Source: Nemertoderma westbladi
Lineage: Eukaryota; Animalia; Xenacoelomorpha
NCBI GenBank assembly: GCA_032718475.1
Contig: JAUCBJ010007084.1
Location: 22,524-86,523, forward strand
Direction of reading: 5' to 3'
DNA: 64,000 nucleotides
Position 1 is the stretch's first letter, and every line of letters starts with the position of its first letter. The notes below the pieces were generated by a model. The model made no database searches, was not told the DNA's origin, and saw only the letters and a program-made list of their open reading frames with translations. Made by a program: the position numbers and the translations under genes. This document shows positions 1 through 12,141 of the stretch, piece after piece.

Positions 1-62
1 ATACAAATTACATAAACAATAAGAAAGGCTCATGAGTCTTCCGTCCACCCTTGCCCTCCCTT

Positions 63-2362
63 TTACCGCTTGGTGGATCGAGCCTTGCCATGTCCTCGAA
101 AACTGCGTACAGGTAACTTTGCTTGCGGTATGGGACTTGTGGGGCGAGTCACTAGTTTACCTCGGACGTTGGGAGATGGTGCGACCATTTCCTCACATGC
201 TCGTCTATTAGGCATCCCAAATCCTCGACCGACTCCTCGTGATCGACCGGTTGTGTCTACCGTTGGTAAAACATCTGGGAACGCGTGGGAAGCGGACGAC
301 GCAGACCCAAGAGAAACTTGCGCCCCCCTTTGATCAGCTGGTATATGTCCCGATCCTCCTTGCGGTTCTCTGGTAAGTGACACCGTATCCCGAGTAACTC
401 GAATAGTCGGTTCATTTCCCTTGCGTTCTTCAATGTTGATAGTTTTCTTTAATTGTTGGCTCACTTTCTGAACCCTTATGATCCTATTCTGTCCGTCCTC
501 CCGAGGGTGTCGTGCAGATGGCGCAACCGGAGTGGCTGGTATGTTGGTCGCCTCTAGGATCTCCTCTTCCTCGAATACGCTCGCTCGTATACGTTTATGG
601 TAGAAGGCGGCTCGGTACACCCACGCGACGGTTAACCAAGCTCCTTTGTTTCATTTTTCTGTTCGAAACCGATCGAATTCACCATATGTGATACGATTGA
701 TGACTTTCTGGAACTTCCATGTATTCTTATTATCGGGATGAATCTGTAGCAAATACTCGCGCACAACTCTGAATCCACTATCGTGAGGCAAAATATCGAC
801 TACCTCGATAAGTTCATCATATTGGGGCATAGCGGAGATATATCCTTCCAACATCATAGTTTGAGGGTTTACCGCCCAAAATCCAAGATGTGCTCTCATT
901 GGGAATCGTCTTCTTTGCGCCGATACATGTTTGTCAGCTAAATCTTCCCATTTGTCAAATAGTTTTCTCACAGGTTTTACAGATTCGTGTTCGTATGGTA
1001 TGTCTCGTAATTGGCATTCAGACTCTCTATGTCCCTTTATATTACAATAGGTGCATTGAGCCATAAATCTCCAGCAAGTATAAAATGTATGGGACCCTTG
1101 ATCTCCACACCATCCACAGATTAGTTGAGTCGTAGTAATGTGCTTTCCACTGCACTTTGTTGAATGATGTCCAGCGACGCCACATTTACCACACATAGTG
1201 TTACCAGGGTACCACACTCGCTCATATATAAGATCTCCAATTGGACTTCCTCCCACACTATAGTCGTAGTCGTCTGGATCTACAGGTTGGTATGTTTCAG
1301 AAAGTTGTATGCAAACTACAGCATCTGTTGCTTCAAGTTGTCGAATCTCCATCTGGGATTTCTTCGGGAGGTTCCTTTCAATCTCAAGAAGTTCCTCTAG
1401 AGGATCATCAACGGTTGTCATTACTTCGAAATCATCACCTAAGTGACCGATAGGCGCGCGCGTCTGCCGTGATTCGTCGGTAATCTCCACGATACGTTCT
1501 CCTTCATAGGATAACAATGTAAACATAGATGGTCTTTCGATAAGAGATCCCGTACAGCGAAGATACACGTCTCGAAATATACTAAATCCTGCTCGAGTAA
1601 AGGCATTGCACTGAGCGTCGGAATTGTAGAAGGGTTTGAGAAATCGTTTAAACACGTCGGTATGAATTCTCCCTTCCGCGTAGAACGTATGATATTCTCC
1701 GAGACAAAGTGGATGTCTTTTAAGAGTCCGAGACACAATGTCGGCGACTAGGCAAACATTCACTGATGACTCTATCGCTAAATAATATTGTAGGACCACT
1801 CTTGGAGGTGACGTAATAGCCCAATACACGCATCATCTCCATTTGAGCTGTGATTCAAACTTGTTTATATCCGGAGTATCACCTTCACCATACGTTTCAA
1901 TATACTTGGTTCTTTTACTTTCCTTGTAATCCCAATTAAACATTAGGTAGGAGATGTATCCAGTTCCGGTTTTCTGAGTATCATACTCACGGAAAAATCC
2001 TTGTTCTATAGACTACAGTATAAGAGGTCGAGTCTCGACGTAAGGTGTCGGTAATCGGTCGTCACTGTCCGTCATGCCGGCGAAGTCGCTAATTAAGTCC
2101 TCTCTCACTCCTGATCCAATCTTTACAACGGTTTTATCTAAAATCATATTTCTTACCATCTTTGGTAGCATTCTAGCATCGATATTACAAGCTTGGTCCA
2201 TCTTCTTTACTATATTAGTGATGAGATGGTGTCGCTTTGTATTTGCTGGAGGTATTGGCATTCGTTTGTCGCTTCTTTGTCTACTGAAAACGTGAAAGAC
2301 TCCATCTGACGCTCTAATTTGTATAGTCTTGGAAGTCAGACTTTGTTGATGGCTGCCGCCCT
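63..2362 (-). pseudogene. C-terminal half of element A ORF3 (exonuclease-like core, CCHC knuckles)
   Basis: ORF pieces 2013-2372, 651-1829 and 63-620 match ORF3 of C (GGSHQQSLTSKTIQIR...ARSTKR) with in-frame stops near 2013, 1833 and 651. Confidence 0.92.
2358..2362. repeat. Left target-site duplication (GCCCT) of element B
   Basis: GCCCT directly precedes TGTTA at 2363; the same 5-mer follows TAACA at 22420-22424. Confidence 0.95.
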
Positions 2363-4226
2363 TGTTAAACAAGGCGCGATCCCTATACTAACAGCAGAAC
2401 TGTTGAACAGACAAATACCGGTATACTTCTCTGCCCACCTAATAAGTTCCTGCCTAACCAATCAGACACCAAGACTGCTCAGAGTGTATTCTTACGCCTA
2501 ATTTTACTTACTGTTATACGATAGTACCTAAGCTCTTTCTAATCGCGAATACTGGGGGCTCCCTAACAGAATGTGTGAATGCGAGAATATTTAAAAATAA
2601 TCAAATCTGGTACAGTATGCTGTCTCTACGTGCGCGTAAAACCACTCCGGGTCTAAAATTGCCTGCAGCTGGCTTTAGGCCAGCAAATTACTAGTGTACA
2701 GTGTCTTTTAATACTGAATAATGCGATCTAGCTTATTGCCCGCTAATGGAAATAACCGCTCAGCGTGAATAGTTTACGGTACGCTAATTATTACCTTAGC
2801 TACTCTCCGCTATGCTGCGTACTAATTCTTAATTTTAATAACTAATTACAGTCACAAATGTGTAACGGCGTACTAATTACTAAGTATTCCAGAATGCGCA
2901 ATTCTAATTTATTACGCAATGAATCACATTAGCAACAACCTAATATACCGTATTACTTTGACTTAATCAATAATTAATTACAGTAATCTAAGAAATAGAA
3001 ATCAATCAAAGAGAAAGGGGGCCTATCTAAGTGTTCATAATCTTAGGCACACTTCAGTAACACACCAATCAGCGTCAGCAATCATAGCTCGCAATTATTC
3101 GCAAGGTGTCCACAATCGTGCAATTCACTTTCTACACTGATCATCAACACTAACATCTTTCACTGTCACTGTAATGCGTACAGGCCCCTCCCGGGTACGT
3201 ATAGGCTTCCTAACTAACCCAATTCCTGCCCCCTAATACTAAAATAGAGACAAAACCTGGATCATCAGCCCCCTAGTTACCGTACCAGCGAGCGGTCTAC
3301 GCACCACAATGCCAGTTGCCCGACCGCAACGATGACCCCCGCCAGCGTTGCTCGCCTTTGAATCCTCCACTCCCTTCGTCGCTAACCCCCCGATGTGCCC
3401 ACCGCCTACCGGTACCTTAGCCCTTCATCCGGATTAATAGCTACCGTAGCGGCACATGCAAATCACAAAGGTCTGATAGTCTCAGAAATCCCGTAGGATT
3501 ATTGTGTCGAAAGGAATTACATAGAACCATTAACTAAAGGGTAGAAATCACAGTTCCATGATGTAATTAGCAGTAATCTTTGAGATTGATTGAGAAACAC
3601 AACAAGAATCAAACAGAAATTATAAATTTGCAAATCATTTCAAGAAAATCAAAAAAGGGCAGTAATTTACGCAGAAAATATACGGAAAATTAAGCACAGA
3701 TTGGGGGATGGTGTGGGGAGAATAATACAGACATACCGGCACAGCTCCAATTTATAGGTGATTTCAGAAGGATGATGTAATCGGTCCCCTATTGGCTCTC
3801 CAATCCGCCCCTACCATCAGACCAACCTAAGAGCAGTTAGGCCAATAAGGAAGCCGGATTGTGAACCTCAGGGCTTCCAAATCGCAAATTATTACCATAT
3901 ATGGTAATGGATCATGCTCCTGGCTACTGAATGGTTAGGACTGCGTTCCTATGCTAGCCATGTCGAGGCTAATAACAGCAAGCCCGTATCCAGGGTCCAA
4001 CAAGAACTTGCTACCCTGGGACTATCTACCTATATCCTAATACAAAATTACATAGATAGGGCTACATACTATACAAAATGGATGAATTCAAATATATGGG
4101 CGTTTTAACTTCCTTATCTAAATGTCACCGCACTATGCCTTATCTAAATAATTATAATGCACAATAACAAACATATTATACTGTATGATGGCTAATAATG
4201 TGGATACAGCGCCATATACCGTAACA
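2363..4226 (-). repeat. 3' LTR of element B (1864 bp; lacks a 277-bp segment present in the 5' LTR)
   Basis: Near-identical to 20279-22419 (about 19 substitutions counted by eye); missing segment 20397-20673 is bounded by CTC microhomology. Confidence 0.95.
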
Positions 4227-4233
4227 CCGCTCC
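4227..4233 (-). other. Short polypurine tract (GGAGCGG) of element B
   Basis: Abuts the 3' LTR start; the same heptamer abuts the 3' LTR of C. Confidence 0.8.
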
Positions 4234-4742
4234 AAGGGAAATCATACAATGTTTCCCTCCAATTGTAGAAGAGTATAAGGTGATGTATACAAACAAAATA
4301 AATTTCTTTCAAATAAACTAAATACTTGGTACTACAAATTCTACTATTTACAAATATTGCCATAGATATATTGCATAATGAGTTTACGTACAAATTAAAT
4401 TTACAAAATATTATCTCCTTCAATATTAACGATTATTTCATACAAATTAAGTTTCAAATATTGTTTCTCGTTCGTTCTACATAATGATTACTACATACAA
4501 GATCAAATATAAAAATTTTTGCTAGGGTAGGTGAAAGAAGTAAGCCAAACCCGCAGGTTTGTCTCCCCAATCACTTCCTTCGCCTCTTTCATAATATAAA
4601 TTCAAATTAACGCAAAATATAAATTCAAATCAACGCAACTAGTGTATATGAGTCTAGTCGGGTATTTCTAAAAATGCTACAATATACATCAGAGCGACGA
4701 TGATGTATATATCTAGAGTCTGTCACCCTGTGCTATAATGTA

Positions 4743-7700
4743 TTATCGACCTGCTCCTGGGTTCTTTGGGCTCGCTCCTCTCCTTTGCCCCCTACCCAGA
4801 TACACTAAGCGTCCTCTGGTAGTTGATTCTGTTGACGGCGTCCGAGAGCCATCACTCCCCGGAACCGGCGACGACGTTCCCTGAGCCCCGACTGATTCTC
4901 GACTGGTGCTTCTCCCTCGGCCTCGTCCCAATCGTGCTCCTGTGGTCGCTTCCGCCAACTCTTCCTTATGCAATTGCACTCGCGCCTTCTCCGATGCCCC
5001 CTGCGCCTTGCGCTGCAATCGCTGAGCCTCAATAATTGAATGATAGTGGTCGTCCTTGACTTGACGTTTGTCTCGGACCTCTCCTCCTGGTTCTCTCCGC
5101 GAGCCTTGAGCTCCAGCGGTTGTCACTGTGGTCGCCGCAATCCTCTGTTCCTGTATCCTCTCAGCGGTCAATGACCCCACTGGCACATGAGTCAACAAGA
5201 ATTCGTTGCGGTATTGTATAGCCGCCATCCTCCAATCACCTCTCGCGCGTACCACCTTTCTAGTTTCCGAAAACAGACGTTTTGTAATTCGGTCGCAAAT
5301 GGCAACGAAGTTCCAAGTATACTTGTTGTCCATATTTAACTGTCTGAAGTATTCTCGGACTACGATAACTCCAGTGTTTTGTGGAAGGTCTTGAGCGGTC
5401 AGGATGAGCTCTTGATACTGTGGCAAAGACTGTAAATACGGCTCATATGCAACGTGAGATGGGTCTACTGCCCAAAATCCGTATCCCGCCTTAAATGGTA
5501 ACCAACGCATCTGCACTTGAATGTGGTAGTCGGCCACACTCTCCACCTTATCTAACATCTCCCGAAGTAGGTTGGCGCTATGGTTTTGGAAGGAATCATC
5601 TCGCAGCTGACATCTCGCGCTACGATGTCCCTTTACTCCACAATATCCGCATTGAGAAATGAAGACGGTGCACGTGTGAAACAAATGGTCGGTCTCATTA
5701 CACCAACGGCAAACCTTATGCGCCGCCTCTACTACTGCGTCGCACGATTTTTGATTGTGCCTTGTGCTGCCGCACAACTTACATCTACGCGCTTGTGGAA
5801 ACCAGGCCCTCTCGTATATGAGGTCTCCAATCGGTTTCGCACTTCCTTCTTTCCCAATGTCCAATACGATGTCATCCTCTCCGGTCAGCGGTTGTCGATC
5901 CGGAACAAAGTAAACATCCTCGCCCTTGTCCTCTATCTCCAATATTTCCTCCCACGTTTGTTTCGGATATGTCTTCTCCACCAGAAGATCCACTCCGAAT
6001 ACCTCTACTAACGTCTCCAGCCAACCCTCTTTAACAGGTCTATCAGCCTCCGAGTGGAAGGGAGTACCAAACCCGCGGGTTTGATTCCCGAACCACTTCT
6101 CCAAGGCCTCTGGCGTCGGATACTCCATCGACGGTCGGTCTCCCAAGTCTCCGATGTTCTGTCGATATACTCCTTCGAATATTGCTAATCCCCTCCTAAC
6201 CATCGACGTATTCTCTAACGATTGGTTGAAGAACGGGGTTAAGAAACACTTCATCACGTCGGATTGGATTCCCCCTTTCGAGCGAATGTATTGATCTCCT
6301 CCGAACACCAATGGATGACGCTTCAAAACTCGCGCAACGATATCTACTAATAAACAAGTTACCGTGTTCGACTCAAGCACCAAATAATATTGTAGTGACG
6401 CACGGGGTGGCGCGCAAATGTTCCAATACACCAACGCTTGCCGCTTGAAGTGGGATTTGAACTCCGCTCCCGGTGGCGTGTTGTATTCACCATACGCCTC
6501 CTCATACTTCTTCTGCGTCTTTAACTTAAAGTCCCAATTATACAATAAATGTGCTATGAAGCCCATACCAGTCTTGGCAGAGTTGGGATACTCTCTATAA
6601 ATTCCAATATCCCGTGCCCATAGCAACAATAGCTTGGTGTCGACGAACGGTCTCGGCAATCTATCTTCCAAGTCAGTCATGGCGTTGAAGTCACTCTCCA
6701 AATCGCTCTGGACTCCTGATCCCACCTTGATGTAATCTTGGTTGAGAATAGCCTCTCTAACCTTCTTGGGTAACATCCTGGCGTCGATACGCTCTGCTCC
6801 GTGCATACCTCCTTGCCTGCATACCTCCAAAATCTGTTCTCTAGGATCCTTTCCCCTCCGATATTGTGTTGTTATGATGGGCTCCGGTCTCTCTCTATCC
6901 GCCCTTACGCGCATAAACACATGAGTCACACCATCGGCCGCACGAATTTGAATGCACTTGCTAGTCAAACATTCTTGATGGGACCCTCCTTCATTGTCGT
7001 AGAACATCACTCTCCAATCTTGCAGTGATTCCTCCGTCTTCCTCCACTGACGCTGAATCTCGTCTGATGGGGTCCACATGCGCTCGATAGCCTTGTGGTC
7101 ATCATATCGGGTGTAAGAACCCTTCCTCCTCAGCCACGTCTGGTCTACCTCCTCGTTGTCTGGGAATGTAGCCACCGCGACCCATACCTTGATGTACTTG
7201 TCTAACCATCCAAACAGTTTACTCTCCTTCCCCGGAGCTCCAATCTTGTCTAGTGTGTCATAATCCGTGATCTGCATCGGGACATCACGCAAGAACTTCA
7301 CGCATAAAACTTCCCGTAGACAGTCAACGTTCCAATGATCCGCCATTCTCACCATCGGCAAGAATCTAATCGCTTCTCGCAACTCCGGATGATCTACCAA
7401 TATCGCAGGTTCGTTGCCGTCGTCGGCATAATACACCAGTCGGGGTTGAGATACGGCCTGTGGAACAAATCCGGTCGCTCTCCTCGTCTCCTCCTGATGT
7501 CTATCCGCGGTCTTATTATATTCTGCTACCCGCTTCTCGAATAACTCCTTCGCTTTCACCGCTCGCTCCTCCTGCCGCAACGCGTCTATGTCGTCCTGAT
7601 GCTCAGGCGTGAGGGTTCTCGCTCGATGAGGCGAAGTAAACGTAGTCCAGGGACTCGAGAGCTCCAAACCCGCGGGTTTGGTACCCGAGTCCCGTGCCGC

Positions 7701-8453
7701 TTCGCGCCGCGCCTCTAGGTCCTTGTAGGCTCGGTATAGCGAAATGGCCGCTGATGTCTCTATCAAACTGGGTCTCGAACAGGGTTTAATCTCCGTATAC
7801 GGATCTAATGTTGTAACGGTCGGCGTAACAGGTCTAGGAGGTTGCTTTCCGCTGAAGTCGATACTGATCATCGGGTTGCTCATTGGGTAACCTCCCTCGT
7901 TGTATCTGAGGAACTGATGAGCCGGACATCGTGTTAATATTGGTTCGGGATGTTGCTCGTCCAGTCGGTCGGGAATCGCGACGTCTTGTTTGTTCATGCA
8001 TTCACCACACTTGTAAAACAACTTGTACACACTGAAGACCTTCGGCGTCTCTTGATCCTCGCCTCGAGTCCTCCGGTACAGATGCATTCCGTCGAACTGG
8101 TCTCGGACTGCAGGTAGCGGTTCTTCATGTCGTAAATACATATTCATATGGTACAGCCGCGCAATCTCCTCATCTGGGTCTGCACTAATGTCACATACGT
8201 CTAAAGCGAAGTCGTAGGGATACCGAGTGCGATACTCTCTCCGCAAAACTTCCATACGGTCCCCCAACGCTCTCATTCTTTCCCTCCTTAGCTCCTTGTC
8301 ATACGCAGGTTTATATTTCCCATTTAGTTCCATCACCGACCTCCCATGGTAGTAAACATTTGAATCTTTACATCCCGGTCGCGCGAATGGTAACTCCGCC
8401 TCCTCTCTAGCAGTAAATCCTCTGCGCGGTTGCGCTCTAATTCCCTTCTCCAT
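4743..8453 (-). CDS. Element B ORF3, 1236 aa from MEKG: putative DEDDy-type 3'-5' exonuclease + CCHC zinc-knuckle protein
   Basis: Uninterrupted ORF. Motifs FYDNE, CIQIR, LPKKVREAILNQDYIKVGSGVQSD, FVDT, YW..PP..LQYYLVLE; three CX2CX4HX4C; RGRGR tail. Alignable to ORF3 of C. Confidence 0.85.
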   Translation of the reverse strand: MEKGIRAQPRRGFTAREEAELPFARPGCKDSNVYYHGRSVMELNGKYKPAYDKELRRERMRALGDRMEVLRREYRTRYPYDFALDVCDISADPDEEIARLYHMNMYLRHEEPLPAVRDQFDGMHLYRRTRGEDQETPKVFSVYKLFYKCGECMNKQDVAIPDRLDEQHPEPILTRCPAHQFLRYNEGGYPMSNPMISIDFSGKQPPRPVTPTVTTLDPYTEIKPCSRPSLIETSAAISLYRAYKDLEARREAARDSGTKPAGLELSSPWTTFTSPHRARTLTPEHQDDIDALRQEERAVKAKELFEKRVAEYNKTADRHQEETRRATGFVPQAVSQPRLVYYADDGNEPAILVDHPELREAIRFLPMVRMADHWNVDCLREVLCVKFLRDVPMQITDYDTLDKIGAPGKESKLFGWLDKYIKVWVAVATFPDNEEVDQTWLRRKGSYTRYDDHKAIERMWTPSDEIQRQWRKTEESLQDWRVMFYDNEGGSHQECLTSKCIQIRAADGVTHVFMRVRADRERPEPIITTQYRRGKDPREQILEVCRQGGMHGAERIDARMLPKKVREAILNQDYIKVGSGVQSDLESDFNAMTDLEDRLPRPFVDTKLLLLWARDIGIYREYPNSAKTGMGFIAHLLYNWDFKLKTQKKYEEAYGEYNTPPGAEFKSHFKRQALVYWNICAPPRASLQYYLVLESNTVTCLLVDIVARVLKRHPLVFGGDQYIRSKGGIQSDVMKCFLTPFFNQSLENTSMVRRGLAIFEGVYRQNIGDLGDRPSMEYPTPEALEKWFGNQTRGFGTPFHSEADRPVKEGWLETLVEVFGVDLLVEKTYPKQTWEEILEIEDKGEDVYFVPDRQPLTGEDDIVLDIGKEGSAKPIGDLIYERAWFPQARRCKLCGSTRHNQKSCDAVVEAAHKVCRWCNETDHLFHTCTVFISQCGYCGVKGHRSARCQLRDDSFQNHSANLLREMLDKVESVADYHIQVQMRWLPFKAGYGFWAVDPSHVAYEPYLQSLPQYQELILTAQDLPQNTGVIVVREYFRQLNMDNKYTWNFVAICDRITKRLFSETRKVVRARGDWRMAAIQYRNEFLLTHVPVGSLTAERIQEQRIAATTVTTAGAQGSRREPGGEVRDKRQVKDDHYHSIIEAQRLQRKAQGASEKARVQLHKEELAEATTGARLGRGRGRSTSRESVGAQGTSSPVPGSDGSRTPSTESTTRGRLVYLGRGQRRGASPKNPGAGR

Positions 8454-9212
8454 TATGCACCGCGTATATACATATATATATCCCAATAAGTACCGTTACG
8501 TAACCAATTACACTGTGGGTAAATCAGTTAGATGTCGCCGAAAGACAGACCTCCCGAACCCCCCGCTGCCTTCCAGCAGTTCAGGTTCGACTCTCTAGAT
8601 CCCGTCTCTTCCTAACTAACTATCCTCTAACCTATTCCCATGCATAGCGCAAAAAACTTTGGAGATAAACTGGCCGTGACCAACTCACTTTTTGATGCCC
8701 AAACTACTCCCATTACTCGTACTAAACTACAGTAGTTAGAAGGGACAATAGTCTTGATTGTTCGACTATACCAAACCCACAGGTTTGATAATCGAATGTC
8801 ACACTTCACTGCAAACTACTGAGTGGGGTCCGTGTACGCCCTGGTGCTACTAACCTTTAGCACCTTAGTTGTACTGTTGGCACCAATCTGTGGAAGTTGC
8901 TAAACTCAATTTACACTCCTACATAATATAGCCGTCACCACGGTTTCTAAATGCTATTTTCCAGGCTTCACGACTTTTCAAATTACTGTATCTCTATAGA
9001 CGAATTCTAAAACGCGTCTATACACAGCGTCTGAGATTGTCTTGGGTTCACTTCTAATTTTTTTTTTTTAATTTTCCAAAAATTTTGAAAATAAAATTTT
9101 GTTTTTTGATACCCACCAGATAAAACTCAACGCAAATCACCACAACCCCGCTCCTATGCATTTCCTAGTATTTGCATATGAGGAATGCATACGAAGTGAG
9201 TTGTGTCCAACA

Positions 9213-10810
9213 CTAACTTTGCTTTGAGGCAGGAGACAAATTATAATCTCCTGTCTCTATGCGTGTCTCTTCCAATAACACAATATCTTGGACCGGTCGG
9301 TCCAAGGTGTGTAAACCATTAGTTTTACACTTCTTCGGGTGCGGACACTTGCACCTAATTTTCACAGTGACTGTGCACACTATGTTTTGCACGTCTGGGT
9401 GTATATGCAAGATCACTCCAGTCTCCCAATATTTTCTCTTGACTATCGGCTCGGTTATTAATACGTAGTCTCCTCTTTGGAGGCTCCGAACCGTTTTGTA
9501 CCACTTATTTCTGGTGGATATGGTAGGAAGATAATATTCCCGCCAATATTCCCAGAATGTGTACGCCACAAATTGAGTCACTTTCCAGCTTTTACGACTA
9601 TATAGTTCGGCACTAATGGGTTCTGATGCCGGCACAAGAAATGCTGGACTCTGCATTAGCAAATGATTCGGCGTTAATGCAACACCATCTGGCAACATAG
9701 CTATCGGCCTCGAGTTTAGGGTATGCTCGATTTCGATGAAAGCTGTAACCAGTTCGTCGTCGGTAAGTTGTTTATTTACAGGCAATGTTTTGGCAATGGC
9801 CTGTTTTACAGAGCGAACCAAACGCTCCCAACTTACTCCTCTCCAAGGACTTTCTGGAGTATTAAATCTCCACTCTACTCATTGCGGCAAAAGTGCTGCA
9901 GAAATTTCTTTATTCTGTGCTGCTTTGTGAGCCGCGTTTAACTCGCTATTCCCTCCGACAAAGTTTGTACCCTTATCGGAGTAGAACGCCTTTACTAGTC
10001 CTCTCCTGGCCATAAATCTCTTTAAGGCCAGGAGCAGAGATTTGGTCGACATGTCTGCCACACGCTCGACATGTATGGCTCTACTAGCCATGCATTTCAG
10101 TAGCAGACCCCATCGCTTGTGGGTCAGCCGTCCACTCTTTGCCTCAATCGGACCAAAACAATCCACCCCTGTGTTCGTAAAAGGTGGGTCATATGCCTGC
10201 ACTCTCACTTCCGGAAGTTCAGCCATCTCCTGTTCCAATACTCTGGCGTTCACCCTCTTGCAAACCAGACAGGCGTCGTACATAGTGCCTACTGCCCTGC
10301 TTGGCTGCAATAGAATGAATCGACAAACAGTGTAACTTTCCCGCGTGATGCAACCTCTTGTGTATATCCCATAGAATCGCTCTTTGCAATTCTATTGGGT
10401 GACTAGGGATTATCACTGGGAACCGAAACTGTGAATTTATGTCGACAGTCTGGATTCTCGATCTATGACAAATTAAACCCTTATGGATTAATGGACTCCA
10501 TTATCTAAGGGGTTTATAGAGAACTGGTTGTTGAGCCGATAATAGGTGGAATTCTTTCGGGAAGGCACACATTTGATAATGCTTCAAATGCCTTAATTCC
10601 GCTTGATCAATCTCATCCTCTGTCAGAGGTTGTTTCAATTTCTGAATTCGCTCACTATTAGCGCTCGTTTGTTCTCCCAAATGTTTCTAATGTTTTATAC
10701 AAAGGTACAAAACGTATCGGCTTAACCACGCAGTTCTTTTACAAATTGTCAGCCAAGAGGCAGACGAATTTAGTAATTTGTCATAAACACTGCATGACTC
10801 TAATGCCAAC
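9213..10810 (-). pseudogene. pol: Element B integrase (BEL-type, disrupted)
   Basis: HH-CC finger (HKRLHHAG...CLVC), TGVDCFGP, SDKGTNF, GVWERLV and BEL C-terminal FWEYWREYY/RPVQDIVLL; stops near 10687, 10502, 9879 and a frameshift near 10320. Confidence 0.9.
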
Positions 10811-12141
10811 GACGGTTGTCCGCTAACTAATGGAAGTTTCGAATCCAAACCCGCAGGTTTGGAAACCAAATGCTCCATTGTGTCGGTCATTTTCTGTCCG
10901 TCACTTACCAACTGTGACCGTCGTCTAGTCTGTAAGGGTGGTTTTACGTCATAACTTTGCTTGTGTCCTTCTGGGCTCCTCCCGGAGGAGCACCCACGAG
11001 GCGGACACTGTCCCACCACCCCTGGGGCCAGTCTGACTGATGTTATTATCAGACCGGGCTGGAGGGTGGCCCGATGCTTCCCGGGTTCTGTTTTCGGTCC
11101 CCCGATCACACCGGCACAGCTCGTCGAACGTGTAGCCAGATGGGTGGCTACTGTCAACTTACTGTGGCCTGACTGTACATTGAGCCAACTCAAAGTATAA
11201 CAAAGAGTCAACCGGCAGGTGGACCAGTCGATAGCGATCAAGCACCAAGGTTGCCCTTGGGCCTAACTGACGGTCTTGTCCCACGTGGGCTTGCGCTACC
11301 CAACATGGAATATTGACACGTTTTCACCCGCCTCGCCGGCAGTATTGAGGGGAAGTAAGTTCCGCAAACAATACTGACTAGCTCGAAAGCTAGGAACAAG
11401 TAACCACTTACCAGTCGCTGTACACGTGTACTCAACAGATGTTCACGATATCAAGTACACTACGGTAAACACAAAATCTGACACATACCATGCACACACA
11501 GGAGACATAATCGGGAAAGACAAAATCGGGGTCAAATCGTGAGGGACAAAATCAGAGGGGACAAAATTGTATCGACCAACCAGAAAGTCGAGAGTACCTT
11601 ATTTTACCATCGGGGCAAAATAACTTTGTGTGCACAAAGTATGCTGGGGCGCAGTAAAGTATGGTCCTACTAATACCAGCGGCGTCTGGACCAACTGGCA
11701 AGGTTTCCCACACTCACTCACAGTGGCCATACATACAATCACGTGTACTCACATACCCACAGCAACAGAAAGCTCATCTCAGACCTAAACACACTCCAAA
11801 GACCAATCAGCTGAACATGGAGACAATAACATATAGTATCAAAAAAACGGAACAGCTGACGGTCAATGGCACACATCCAAGCCCCAAAGCTAACTGCCAC
11901 TGCTCGCCCACATACAAATCACAGTTCACACCACATGAACCACAAATCACACCATGCCACCACCCCTACTGTGTACAGGACTGGCAGTACGGCAACAGGC
12001 CGACTAGACGGAACCACGGCACCATGTCGATTCATGGTTCGTCAGACACGAGGGCCTTCAGTATCTCCCTTGCACTTAGGTCAGGAAATTTAACGTGCCC
12101 CTAGACCCTCACGAGTCCGCTGCCGCCTGCTAAGGGCACCT

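Noticed and set aside
3230-3270. CTGATGA in the B 3' LTR as a hammerhead
   Set aside because: No properly placed GAAA, and the 5' LTR reads CTGATAA.
3914-4108. Duplicated small ORFs (also 22107, 40576/57543, 40939/57906)
   Set aside because: Repeated only because they lie in LTRs; no motifs.
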